Origin: Octopus vulgaris
Taxonomy: Eukaryota
Direction of reading: 5' to 3'
Length of the DNA stretch: 64,000 bases
Assembly (NCBI GenBank): GCA_951406725.2
Contig: OX597818.1
Location: forward strand, 121,334,001-121,398,000
The translations under genes and the position numbers were made by a program. A model generated the notes under the pieces. It made no database searches, was not told the origin of the DNA, and saw nothing but the letters and a program-made list of their open reading frames with translations. This document shows, in pieces, positions 52,256 through 64,000 of the stretch. The number at the start of each line of letters is the position of its first letter. The stretch's first letter is position 1.

Positions 52256-52539
52256 GGCGAGAGTGGGGTAAGCAAGGGTTTCCTGGTTTCCTTGGCGTAT
52301 AGGTTCCCCACCTGGACGGGACGCCAGTCCGTCGCAGGTGAGCTGCAAGATGCAGGAGGAAAGAGTGCGAGAAAGTTGTGACGAAAGAGTCAGCAGAAGT
52401 TCGTCATTACCTTCTGCCGGAGTCGCGTGGCGCTTAGGTGTCTCGCTCATAAACACACACATCGCCCGGTCTGAGATTCGAACCCGCTATCCCTCGACCG
52501 CGAGTCCGCTGCTCTAACCACTAGGTAATGTGCCTCCAC
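52256..52539 (-). mobile_element. OR1-like SINE variant with T2-like tail
   Basis: Head GTGGAGGCACATTACCTAGTGGTTAGAGCAGCGGACTCGCGG; tail GACGGACTGGCGTCCCGTCCAGG. Confidence 0.85.
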
Positions 52540-54317
52540 AGAATTCACATAGCCTTTTGCAAATACTGTTTATAACTAACATTCGACAGAAATAATCTTT
52601 ATTACAAAACAGTCTAGCAAAAAATCCTGAAGCCATGCATATTCAAAATGCGCTACACTGATCTATGCCATGGATGAACAGGTTAGCTTGAACCTCTCAA
52701 AATTGAATGACAATACATGCATCACCATGAGAATATTAGGATTACAGTCGAGTATCAGAGAACTATGAGAACGTATTGAGAATCAATATGTGCCATCGTT
52801 TTGAATCTCTTTGTTCACGCGCACATGATCATTTGTCCCACCACCACCACCACCACACATTCACACATGTATGCACACACGCATATACATGCAGACACAT
52901 ATACATACATACACACACACACACACATATACATATATGGCTCCCAGTAGAAACGAAATTCATGATGAATTTGTCTATACTTTTAGTATTGAGTATCTGA
53001 CATCAGTAAATGTTTTATTGTTATGCTTAAAATTGTTTAAAATAACAACGCCCGAAATTAGCATGCACGCATGCACACACACACACACACTTACACACAC
53101 ACACACAAACACGTACGCACACACACACACGTATAGACATTCGTACAGGTATGCGTTCACATACTTTACATGCATAAAACACATACACAAATATCTCTGT
53201 TCACACGGACACAAATTGAACGTGCAGTCAGATGTCTAGAAACCGAAAGACAGCACAAATCACATACGTTGTAGACAAGCAATGTGCACATATAACATAA
53301 ATATACACAGAAATAGAAACAATGGAAAAAGCAGACGACACATGTTTTAACCTCTGGCAACAAGGCTGAAGCGGATAAAACCGATGAAAACGAAAACAAA
53401 AAAAGCACCATTGTTTTTGTTCGGTTTTAAGGGAACAATTTTTCTTCTGATTAAACTCTTTTCTTCCCATTGCCATTACATCGTATTAGCTGACTGTTTA
53501 CGTGTTTCTTCAAGTTTCCAGAAGTAGAAAAAACAAAAGAAAAAGTAAACAAAAGAAATTGATGGTTTATATTGAGGAGACAATCCTTTATACAATTTCT
53601 CGTCAAGGAATTTGGTTGTAATAAAGTGGTTTGTTTAACATCGTCTGACTTCGTAATTATTTTTGTTCAGTCATTGTACATCTATTGTTTGATATTATTA
53701 AAATGAAGGTAAATTTTACATATTCATAAAATACACAGCCACATGCCTACAGGCAATACATATATCGAATAACATAAAGACATGCTCGTATACATGTCAC
53801 TTAGAATGATAATCACTTTATCGTATGCACACGCATGCACATAGTAATGTAGACATTAGAAAATACCTTGTATTCTTAAAATATTGTAAAGTTTAAAAAG
53901 AAAACCATGACGAAGCAAAATAACTAATCAAATTTTTTAAAAAATAACTTTCTTAAGAAACAACATCGTCGTTCGCCTGTAAATAGAAGAACGGCAAGCA
54001 AGACGTAAATATTTGTTTAAATTTTTTTCCTGTTCGGCACAGTAGAATAAGAGTTAAACTGACGGTAAGTCATGTCTGAAACTCGATTTCAATCCCAGCT
54101 TCAAGTACCTCATTTGCGATGCTATTTTGTGGCTGATGTTGTCAATGGTTTGGGCAGTGCATAGATACATGGATGACAAAGGAAGGAGTGATAGAGAAAT
54201 AAGGAAGGAAGGGGTGATGACAAAATGTGAATGTTTGTATGTGTGAGTGAACATTCAACGATGAAAAGAAAAGTCAAATGGCGTTTCAACTCTGTGAGTA
54301 TATGTGTGTATATTCTT

Positions 54318-54635
54318 TTTTCTTTTACCTTTTACTTGTTTCAGTCATTTGACTGCGTCCATGCTAGAGCACCACCTTTAGTCGAGCAAATCGACCCCTG
54401 GACTTATTCTTTGTAAGAAATGAGACTTATTCTATCGGTCTCATTTGGTTGTCAAGCGATGTTAGGGGACAAACACATATACATATATACGACGGGCACC
54501 AAATCCACTCACAAGGCTTTGATCAGCCCGAGGCTATAGTAGAAGACACTCGCCCAAGGTGCCAGGCAGTGGGATTGAACCCGGAACCATGTTGTTGATA
54601 AGCAAGCTACTTACCACACAGCCACTCCTGCGCCT
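54318..54635 (-). mobile_element. Family B SINE with internal deletions
   Basis: Family B head and tail motifs. Confidence 0.88.
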
Positions 54636-54757
54636 ATATATGTGCGTGTACAAGGAAAGTATGTCAATGTTTGTATGTGTGATTATTATGTACCTTATTT
54701 ATATAGAAAATACAACAATTAGCCGTCATTTTCGAAGGCACGGGGTCAGCTAGTTTA

Positions 54758-55055
54758 TTGTGAAAAGCGAATCGTATTTTTTCGTTAAGTTACTGTGCCT
54801 TATCGAAAGATAAGAGTTTCTTCCCTTTCAGGATAAAGATTATGTTCGGATACTTTTCCCATTGTGCACAGTTTTGGGTATTTATACCCTGAAAATGCCT
54901 AATATCTCCACAACCAACTATCCGATTTACGCGAAATTTATTTAATTCCGTTTGTATTTACATTTCAGGGGACTTCATTCATAGTATTTTCTCATTATGC
55001 GCCAGTTTGGCTGGGTAACATTGCAAGAAAGCAAGATTCAATCTGACTTTTAATA

Positions 55056-55060
<5 letters not shown>
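54758..55060 (-). mobile_element. Helitron-like element, second copy
   Basis: Reverse-complement homolog of 36452-36760. Confidence 0.5.
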
Positions 55061-55095
<35 letters not shown>

Positions 55096-55179
55096 AACAC
55101 GAGGTTCACAGTTTCTCCGTATAGAAACACTTAGTATCGCTCAAATTATCTAATTAGCCGTATAATTTCCTCTCTCATC

Positions 55180-55245
<66 letters not shown>

Positions 55246-55336
55246 TCAATATAGGGTAGCAAATAATTCAATAGAAATTTTTTAGCCACCAGCGGTCTAG
55301 TGAGAAAGGGAAAATAGTCAGGGACTATATATATAA

Positions 55337-55438
55337 ATTCAACAACAATTGAGGAGCGGCTTCGATAGGCCATTCAACCCACTAGAAAGAGCATTCTAGT
55401 GGGTTGAATGGCCTATCGAAGCCGTTCCTCAATTGTTG

Positions 55439-55444
<6 letters not shown>
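55337..55444. repeat. 51-bp-arm hairpin at the end of a (TA)n-embedded insert (55241-55444)
   Basis: Arms 55337-55387 and 55394-55444, loop AGAGCA, a single G-U pair as the only imperfection. Confidence 0.92.
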
Positions 55445-55507
<63 letters not shown>

Positions 55508-55696
55508 TTTCACAATTTAGCATGGTGTAAAATACATCCAAGTGATATTAAATATCCGAAGAATTTACTGGTTTATATTTCAACACATTTGATTATTTGT
55601 GATGTGTCATTTGTTTGTATAAAATATTTAAATTCAATTGATTAATATATAATTGTTCAATTTGTTGGTTTGTTTTTCATTATATATATATATATG

Positions 55697-55742
<46 letters not shown>

Positions 55743-56712
55743 TGTATGTATTTATGTATGTTTATACTTACATATATTATGATCATGCTTACGAAAAATG
55801 ATACTCCTCACCACTTGTTAGAACTTTAAACTTATATATGTATATTATTATTATAGACGTCGTACAGTATACAATATCGTGAGGTTATTGATTGAAGATA
55901 TTGTATCTAACACGGTTCTGTACAGTTTGTCATGTCACAAGCAACTCTTTTATTGTTAAACTTACCATCACGGAACAGTACAGTAAATATATATTTAAAT
56001 TAAAGGAGGAGGAAACCAAAACCAATCAGGATAAGCTTATCAGGTCATTTAAATTATTTTAATTATTAAAATGGTGATTCGAAGTAAGCAAAAGTAAATA
56101 ATAATGTCTTACAGTTGTTTTTGGGATATCCCAGGAAATGGATCAATGAGTTGATCCATATTTTCAGATATTCTGGGTATTCTGTCATCGGAGACAAAGT
56201 ATATATGCAAGACACTTCTAGTATTAAGTTCAAGGCTCAGAATTCATCATATTCCAGAGGCTATGGGGTGGGTATCCATATTTCCGTGAAGGTGTACCTC
56301 CTTACGTATAATCACATGGTTAGTCCATAGTTCAGAAAGTGGGTTGAGTGATGCATCCAGTTGAGAAAATTGATCCAGCAGTTTAGATCAACAGTGGCTT
56401 AAACCCTTAAACACACACACACATACGCATGTATGTATGTATGTATACAACATGAAGTTGATGCACACTCTGTGGATTCTATAAACTGTATAAGCATTGA
56501 AGAGAATTTTGTTCTAATTCAGAGAAATACCATCACAAATACAGTTGTACTTATCAACATTTTGACTACTTGCTTCTTCAGTTTGCGTCATTCGTTTCTT
56601 ATGTGTAGGGTGAAACTTTAATCTGATGTCAGAGTTCTTCGAATTTAATCTGTCCGAACATTTTTTCCGTTATCTAACCATGCAAAGCAGCGACTATATA
56701 TAGAATGGCATA

Positions 56713-56928
56713 CGAGGACCGCTGAAAAGTTACTGGTTTTGGCTAAAAGAAAATACAAGAGAATCAGTTAATTATGATTTTATTCAATATATTCTCTTCT
56801 CAGATTCACACATGTATTGCAGTGATCCTTCAGCTTTTCTAAGCCCTGTAAAGGAACTCGGAAGATTGGTCCTACAACCAGGCCTTTTGCTATTCCCTTA
56901 AAGCCAAGATCATTCGACACACTCTCGT
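56713..56928. mobile_element. Mariner-type MITE, older copy of the 18113 family
   Basis: Shared TCAGTTAATTATGATTTTATTCAATATATTC..TTCTCAGATTCA; degenerate TIRs. Confidence 0.8.
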
Positions 56929-57201
56929 GTATTGATCCTTTATTTCACATAGCCAAAGTTTTATAGAGAAACTCTAAAATTAATCTAATGAAAAGCACCA
57001 ACATGGTTCAGCACACGGAAGGCTGATTGACGATGTCACAATAAAACTTATGTATGATGTACGTCAGGTATAGTATTCCGTAACTGCAAGCTGTTTCTTT
57101 TATTTACTTGTTCCAAACATTGAACTGCGACCACCGATATATACATACATACATACATACATACATACATACATACATACATACATACATACATACATAC
57201 C

Positions 57202-57247
<46 letters not shown>

Positions 57248-57365
57248 TATAATTATATGCATAATTATAATCAGGGGTCAGCTAATTGCTTCGCCACGCA
57301 CCGAATTTAGAAATAGCAGTTAAAAATACTTTTGCCGCTACCTGATCAATTGATTAGTTTTACCC

Positions 57366-57400
<35 letters not shown>

Positions 57401-57532
57401 TATATGTGTATGCGTGTATGTACGTATGCGTATGTGTGTACGTGTATGTATATTCAGCCATATAAACACACGCTCGTGCTTTTCTCGCCCTATTCTTTTC
57501 TTTCACTCCGGACTTTTTTCTTTTTCCTTTTT

Positions 57533-57559
57533 CTGACGAAGAGCCATGCTTGAAACGTC
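57533..57559 (+). ncRNA. PLE-type minimal hammerhead core (family F-related)
   Basis: CTGACGA-AGAGC(CAT)GCTT-GAAAC-GTC, canonical core; stem I poor. Confidence 0.55.
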
Positions 57560-57741
57560 ACACACCTTTTTTCAATCTTAAACGTTCTCTGAGCATCAAT
57601 CTGATGTATTCCCTTTGTTGTTTTTCCTGTTTTGTTTTTATTTTATTCGTGATTTTCCTCTCTCTCTCTCTCTGTATTTATGTGTACATACACACTCACA
57701 TATACATACACACACACGCGCATATACATACACACATATAA

Positions 57742-58070
57742 AGGCTGTGTGGTAAGTAGCTGGCTTATCAACCACATGGTTCCGGGTTCATTCCCAATTC
57801 TTGGCAGCTTGGGCAAGCGTCTTCTACTATAGCCTCGGGCCGACCAAATCCTTGTGAGTGGATTTGGTAGACGGAAACTAAAAGAAGCCCGCCGTATATA
57901 TGTATATATATATGTATGTGTGTATATGTTTGTGTGTCTATGTCCCCCCCCCTTCGATAGAATAAGTACTAGGCTTCCAAAGAATAAGTCCTGGGGTCAA
58001 ATTGCTCGACTAAAGGCGATGCTCTAGCATGGCCGCCGTCAAATGACTGAAACAAGTAAAAGAGAAGAAA
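57742..58070 (+). mobile_element. Family B SINE
   Basis: GGCTGTGTGGTAAGTAGC...GACTGAAACAAGTAAAAGAG. Confidence 0.88.
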
Positions 58071-58309
58071 GAATATATATATATATATATATATATGTAT
58101 ACGACGTTCTTACACATAATTTCCGTGCACTAAATTCACTCAAAAGACATTGGCCGACCCGGGGATATAGTAATATAGTAGAAGATTCTTTCCCAAGATG
58201 CTGCGCATTGGGATTGAATCTGAAACCACATGGTTGCAAAGCAAACTTCTTAACCAGACAGCCATGTCAAAAAGCTAAATATTTTTACACACATTGTTTT
58301 TGTTTATAC

Positions 58310-58891
58310 TTATTTCTTTACTACCCACAAGAGGCTAAACACAGAGGGGATAAACACGGACAGACAAACGGATCAAGTCGATTACATCGACCCCAGTGCG
58401 TAACTGGTACTTAATTTATCGACCCCGAAAAGATGAAAGGCAAAGTCGACCTCGGTGGAATTTGAACTCACAACGCAGCGGCGGACGAAATACCCCTAAG
58501 CAGTTCGCCCAACGTACTTAATTTATCGACCCCGAAAGGATGAAAAGCAAAGTCGACCTTGCCGGAATTTGAACTCAGAACGTAGCGGCAGACGAAATAC
58601 TGCTAAGCATTTCGCCCGACATGCTTAACGATTCTGCCAGCTCGCCGCCATAAATACCTATTTCTTTACTACCTACAAGGGGCTAAACACAGAGGGGACA
58701 AACAAGGACAGACATACGGATTAAGTCGATTATATCGATCTCAGTGCGTAACTGGTACTTTATTTATCGACCCCGAAAAGATGAAAGGCAAAGTCGACCT
58801 CGGCGGAATTTGAACTCAGAACGTAACGGCAGACGAAATACGGCTACGCATTTCGCCCGGCGTGCTAACGTTTTTGCCAGCTCGCCGCCTT
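58310..58891 (-). mobile_element. Tandem cluster of family A SINE units
   Basis: Three B-box/central units, two heads. Confidence 0.88.
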
Positions 58892-61690
58892 TAAAATTTA
58901 AATCCAGTCTTGCCACACACCGTGTGACACAGTTGGTCTTATACATTACAATCCGATCGGCTTCCCCATAGTTTCTGTTCACCCAGTTTCGCTTATAGAT
59001 TTTGAGTCGATCCAAGGTTACAGTTAAAGGGGCATGTCTAAGATGTCATGCAGTGGGATTCAACCCGAGTAATCGTGATTGCGAAACGAGCACGTTTAGC
59101 CTTTTGTCCATGTTGTATCCGGCATCATATGTCTGCACTGGTTTAACTATTGTTCTAAAAGTATTTGAACTAAAGTCCACTCTTAGTTTAACTTCGTCAT
59201 ACTTATTTATTGAAAAACCTTTTTGTGAACTGTTTCCAAACAAACAGTAATGTGATCTTATAGATTTTTGTAAATAAATTAACATGATAAATATGCTATC
59301 TATCTGACACTAAATTTATATTATGTAAACTATGTTTTAGAAAATCTTAACAGTGGGAGGGGAAACAAGAATGAAAGAATGAACTTATAGCTCGTGTCAT
59401 TTGGGTGCGACCAGAGGTCAGTGACCTATGGAATAAGATCGCCTGTCAAGATTTGGAAGGTTTTATCAAACATAATGCAACGTAAACTTGTACCTATTTC
59501 TTTTGCCCCAGTCTTTCATTTATCAAGATTTTTCGTCCATCTTTTTTTTTATTTCTTTATTCATAAATATAAATATTTTAAAAGTTGTTTTTATTTTCTG
59601 TTTAAAAAATAAAACTATTTACGTTAGTGTTTTATTTAGATTATTCTGAAAATACGCACAATTTATGACTTTTCCACCCAGTCTTTTTCACAAGTCCTTT
59701 TTATATGATCACAGACACTTATCTAATTCGTCCGCTATACAGACGACTGCACCCAGATTGGAATATATTTAATTATAAACAATAAAGCCATATAGAGCAC
59801 ACAAATTATCGTTTGAATGTTTACTGAAGATAGTAATTTATCATTTGCAGCAATTTTGGAAACATTTGATACGTAAATATATATTCGTATTTACTAATGT
59901 GTAAGATTTGATAAAGACAGCTAACGAATAGATTCGTAAGCATGTCGGACAAAATGCTTAGCAGCACTACCTCTGGGTCATTACGTTCTAAGTTTAAATC
60001 ACGCCGAGGTCAAATTTGTCTTTCAACCTTACGAGTTGATAAAGTACCAGTCAAGTACTGGGGTCGATGTACTTGACTTCCTACTCACCTCAGAATTGCT
60101 GGTTTTGAACTCTGCAACAGGCCAGCGTCTGGTTCAGGGAGAATGTGATCCTGGTTACTCAGAAGCGAAGGAAACCGGGTAACCATACTTATGAATTTTA
60201 TGGTTCGTGAGAATAAAAATTGTCACGGTTTCTATGATTGTACTGTTTGTTTGTTTTTTTTATGACTGGTGTTTACGTAATAACTGTCTAATGTGATCCT
60301 GTTGTATATGGTGCAGATACGACAGATTTTTTTCCCTTTTTTTGCGTGTTGGTGAGTATGCACATTGCGCTACTCAGTTTAAAATTACGTACGACCGCAT
60401 GGGTTCTTTTTCTCGCAGTTCGCTCAGTTGCAAGTACTCAGACCAGGCTTCCGGAAGGGATCTATTGCGACCTCACAGCCGACCAGTAAACCCAACTCTT
60501 CCACTTTACTCTTCCCCAGATGCCAAAGAATAAAACTGAACACAAAAGACAAATTTCCCATCTTCGCTAACATGCGTAGGTTCTGAGCCAACCAAGACCC
60601 CATACACCATGAATGGGCAAATCACACATCCAATTACTTTCCGAACCCAAATCACTTAGCACTTATCCATAGCCTATCTACTGCTTTGCTTGAGCGAAAC
60701 GGTGAAATATTTTTCATTCCTTGTTGACAATATGTCCGGTCTCTCCGTGCTTTCCAATTCCCATGAAATAAAAAAATAATCCCTTACTCGAAAAATAAGT
60801 GTTGGCGACAGGAAAGGCATCCGGCTCTAATATTCGCCATGAAATGCGTCCTCGTCGAATCCGTGTTAGCATGGTAAAATGACTGTTTGTTCGAACGAGC
60901 GAACCTTTTCCTTTACTTTAAAAGATTGTTCGTGCCTGAACCCTATGGTTTGTGCGCTTGATAGGTTTGGTATTTTACGAGTGTAGAACTTTGGGTTTTT
61001 CCAAATTATTTTTGACGTAATAAAACCGCAAAACTAATTGTGTATAAAATATTTAATTTACTAATTATAGGTTTCAATTTATGGCACGAGGTAAACAATT
61101 TCCGGGAAGCAGGTAAGTCAGTTTCATCAACCCTAGTGTTGATCCCAAAAAGATGAAAGACAAAGCCGACCTCGGCGGAATTTGAACTCAGAATTTAAAT
61201 ACAGACAAAATACCTGTGCTAACGTTTTGCCAGTTCACTGCATTTTAAAAATATTTTCCTGGTAGAGACTGAAACTCCCACCTTTAAGTTATATCACTAC
61301 TTACCAACACACTTACCCGCAAGGCCATCAAAACAGCTACAATTTAATTTACTAATTATTGAGATGGAATCAACATCACAAAGCATAATTATTTTACTTC
61401 TTAAGAAATATAGAATGTCTTCCTTTTTCTTAATGAAATGCAATGCTGATTGGATTGTATGCAGGAGTTCTTGGGTTTTAAATAGTTCAAAGAACACTCG
61501 ATCATGAAACTTAATACATCTTCCAAAACATCATTCATGCTTCTTCGGGAACCTTCTTTACTTAATTTTATCCCTAATATCCATGCATCTCATACCATAT
61601 ACAAGTCATATTTCCCTGATATCCATGCATCGTATACGATGCATACTTCCATTCTTTATTTTTTTATTGTCTACCAGAGTAGCATTTATA

Positions 61691-61971
61691 CAGTTCTATA
61701 TTTAAGAGATGAAGAATTATGCACATTATTTACATTATTTACAATTGATGGATATTTGTCCTCATCTTGTTTGTTGTTAACACAACGGTTCGGCTGATAT
61801 ACCCTCCAGGCTTCATCGGGTGTCTTGGGGAACTTTCGAACCTGAGCTCTCATTCCTAAGGTATTTTTCGATGTTATTATTATTATTATTGAGCATATGG
61901 CGTAGTGGTTAAAAGCGCGGGCTACTTACCTCAAGATACCGAGTTCGATTCCGGGCAGTGACCTGAATAAT

Positions 61972-62026
<55 letters not shown>

Positions 62027-62172
62027 TCGAAAAATATTTAGGAATGAGAACCCAGGTTCGAAATTTCTCCAAGACACCTAATGAAGGCTGGAAGGTATAT
62101 CAGCCGAAACGTTGTGATAACAACAAACAAGATGAAGACAAATATCCGTCAATAGTAAATAATGTAAATAAT
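61691..62172. mobile_element. Family E inverted-repeat element with central tRNA-like Pol III head
   Basis: Arms 61691-~61872 and ~62026-62172; centre (TTA)n + A-box TGGCGTAGTGG (61898) + B-box GAGTTCGATTCC (61941) + (AAT)n; degenerate hammerheads at 61778-61826 (-) and 62071-62118 (+); interrupts a TTAA-ended element ending at 62290. Confidence 0.87.
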
Positions 62173-62499
62173 GGACAGAGTAGTAGTTATTTATTAAAAC
62201 GTATGAAACAAGGGCTAGCTAAGAGTCTGAAAACAAGCATGAACGTTTAGGACAAACTTATAAAACTGCTTTGAACAGGCAAAGGGTTAAGAATTCTTTG
62301 AAAAACCATAACGATAAATCACAAAACCGTTTTCCAAATTGTGTTTCTTGTATTATATGGGATTCATGCAACGGAAAATGTAAATTCTATTCTTCAATTA
62401 TGATTTGAAAATGTTTCTACGCAATTTGGAACTCGAATCCCATACAACAAAATGTCTATGGATAGAAAAATATACCTGTAAAATATCTAAATTTTTATA

Positions 62500-62969
62500 T
62501 ATTTCTTTACTACCCACAAGGGGCTAAACATAGAGGGGACAAACAAGGACAAACAACTGGATTAAGTCGATTACATCGACCCAGTGCGAAACTGATACTT
62601 TATTTATCGACCCCGAAAGGATGAAAGGCAAAGTCGACCTCGGCGGAATTTGAACTCAGAACGTAACGACAGACGAAATACTGCTAAGCACTTCGCCCGG
62701 CGTGCTAGAGTTTCTGCCAGCTCACCGCCTTCAAATATGTTGTTTTATTACCTACAAGGGGCTAAACATAGAGGGGACAAACAAGGACAAACAAAGGGAT
62801 TAAGTTGATTACATCGACCCAGTGCGAAACTGGTACTTTATTTATCGATCCCGAGAGGATGAAAGGCAAAGTCGACCCCGGCGGAATTTGAACTCAGAAC
62901 GTAACGATAGACGAAATACCTCTAAGCATTTCGACCCGCGTGCTAACGATTCTACCAGCTCACCGCCTT
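62500..62969 (-). mobile_element. Two full-length family A SINEs head-to-tail within one TSD-like pair
   Basis: AAATATCTAMATTTTTA at ~62481-62497 and 62970-62986. Confidence 0.87.
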
Positions 62970-63948
62970 AAATATCTACATTTTTAGAGCTTTGTTCTAG
63001 AGATTATATTTTACCATTTGCAAAATATATATTTGTGTGTATGTATGTTGACGTTGAAAATCATCAATACATATAGAACTATACTTTTAATATATTTAGT
63101 TCATATGCGCTATGTGCATGATTGTGTATGATTGTGCGTATGTAATTGTGTGAGAGAAATCCTTCTTATAAAACTGAGTAAACAATATTTCACTGAAAAA
63201 AAAAGCATGAAAAGAAATCAGTTTCCAAGTAGGTAAAAAAATTGGTAACTTTCTTTGGTTACATTTTTAAAGGAAGTTGAAGTGAACGTTGCCTGAAGGT
63301 AAAGAAAAGAGAGCGAGAAGGGATGAGAGTTAGAGAGAAAGTGTAGAAGTAGGGTTGGAGTCGACTTACTGGAAATTGACAATTGGAAGAGAATAATTAG
63401 AAATATTGAAAAGACAACTAAAACACACCAAAATGATCGGATAATCAAAACATAACGGCGAAATATGATTTAACGTCTTATTGCTAATTGGCTTATCCCA
63501 TCTCCCAAATAATAAGTCACAATTAATGACGCAGGCACATCATCTGGAATTGTTCATAATCATAATGACTTAAACATAAGAACTAGAAGTAGTCAGATAA
63601 AGAGGAAATTCAATGGAATGGCGCGTGTGTGTGTGTGTGTGTGTGCGTGTGTGCGCGCCTGCGGCATCTTCTGAAGTGATCGTCTGCTAGTTTTTCATCC
63701 ACTTATTTTAATTTAATACTGTCTTTATCCACTTGGTGTTCCCATCCACTACCGCCATCAGCTTCTTCGTTTGACTAATGTTAAAGATTTTGCTGGAATA
63801 AAAACGGAAATAGTTTTCAATGAAAATGAGGTTGTTTTGATCTGCCATTTAATGGCTATTATTGTAATTAATCTTTATTTATTCATATACAATAAAGACG
63901 CACACGCGTATATATACTTACATATTTGTATGTATATATATATATAAA

Positions 63949-64000
63949 CTAGCAGAGATACCCGGCGTTGCCTGTGTTACATACAATTGGAGAATTAGAC
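63949..64000 (-). mobile_element. Helitron-like 3' terminus running off the window
   Basis: Minus strand CAGGCAACGCCGGG hairpin-like motif followed by TATCTCTG-CTAG then T. Confidence 0.6.

Noticed and set aside
56115-56400. Possible exon or Tc1 LNPxxxLW motif
   Set aside because: A single weak motif, no TIRs, no convincing splice pair.
63218-63448. Signal-peptide-like ORF ending at a GTAAGT donor
   Set aside because: No in-frame ATG or acceptor after the upstream stop; other frames are closed.

Overview
Eukaryotic, AT-rich, microsatellite-saturated non-coding DNA (large intron or intergenic). The SINE families and repeat load point to an octopod cephalopod (inference). No intact protein-coding gene is supportable, and almost all listed ORFs are microsatellite or SINE read-throughs. 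The window holds dozens of tRNA-derived SINEs: family A (often multimeric or self-nested, with TSDs), family B (internal microsatellite), and two OR1/OR2-like heads combined with several tails. It also holds Tc1/mariner, TTAA-ended and 8-bp-TSD MITEs, non-autonomous Helitron-like pieces, and a decayed, internally deleted Penelope-like retroelement (RT flanks + GIY-YIG, Naiad-like; 16001-16905, minus). The most interesting signal is a set of non-autonomous elements carrying minimal type-I hammerhead ribozyme motifs of the Penelope (PLE) type, inserted as fold-back or inverted structures. One copy has a tRNA-like Pol III head (61691-62172), two palindromes have their apex on the hammerhead (22441-22870 with a 14-bp TSD; 24787-24997), and one (TA)n-associated family appears to carry a variant CUGUYGA core. 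All calls come from reading the sequence by eye; no searches or folding were run.
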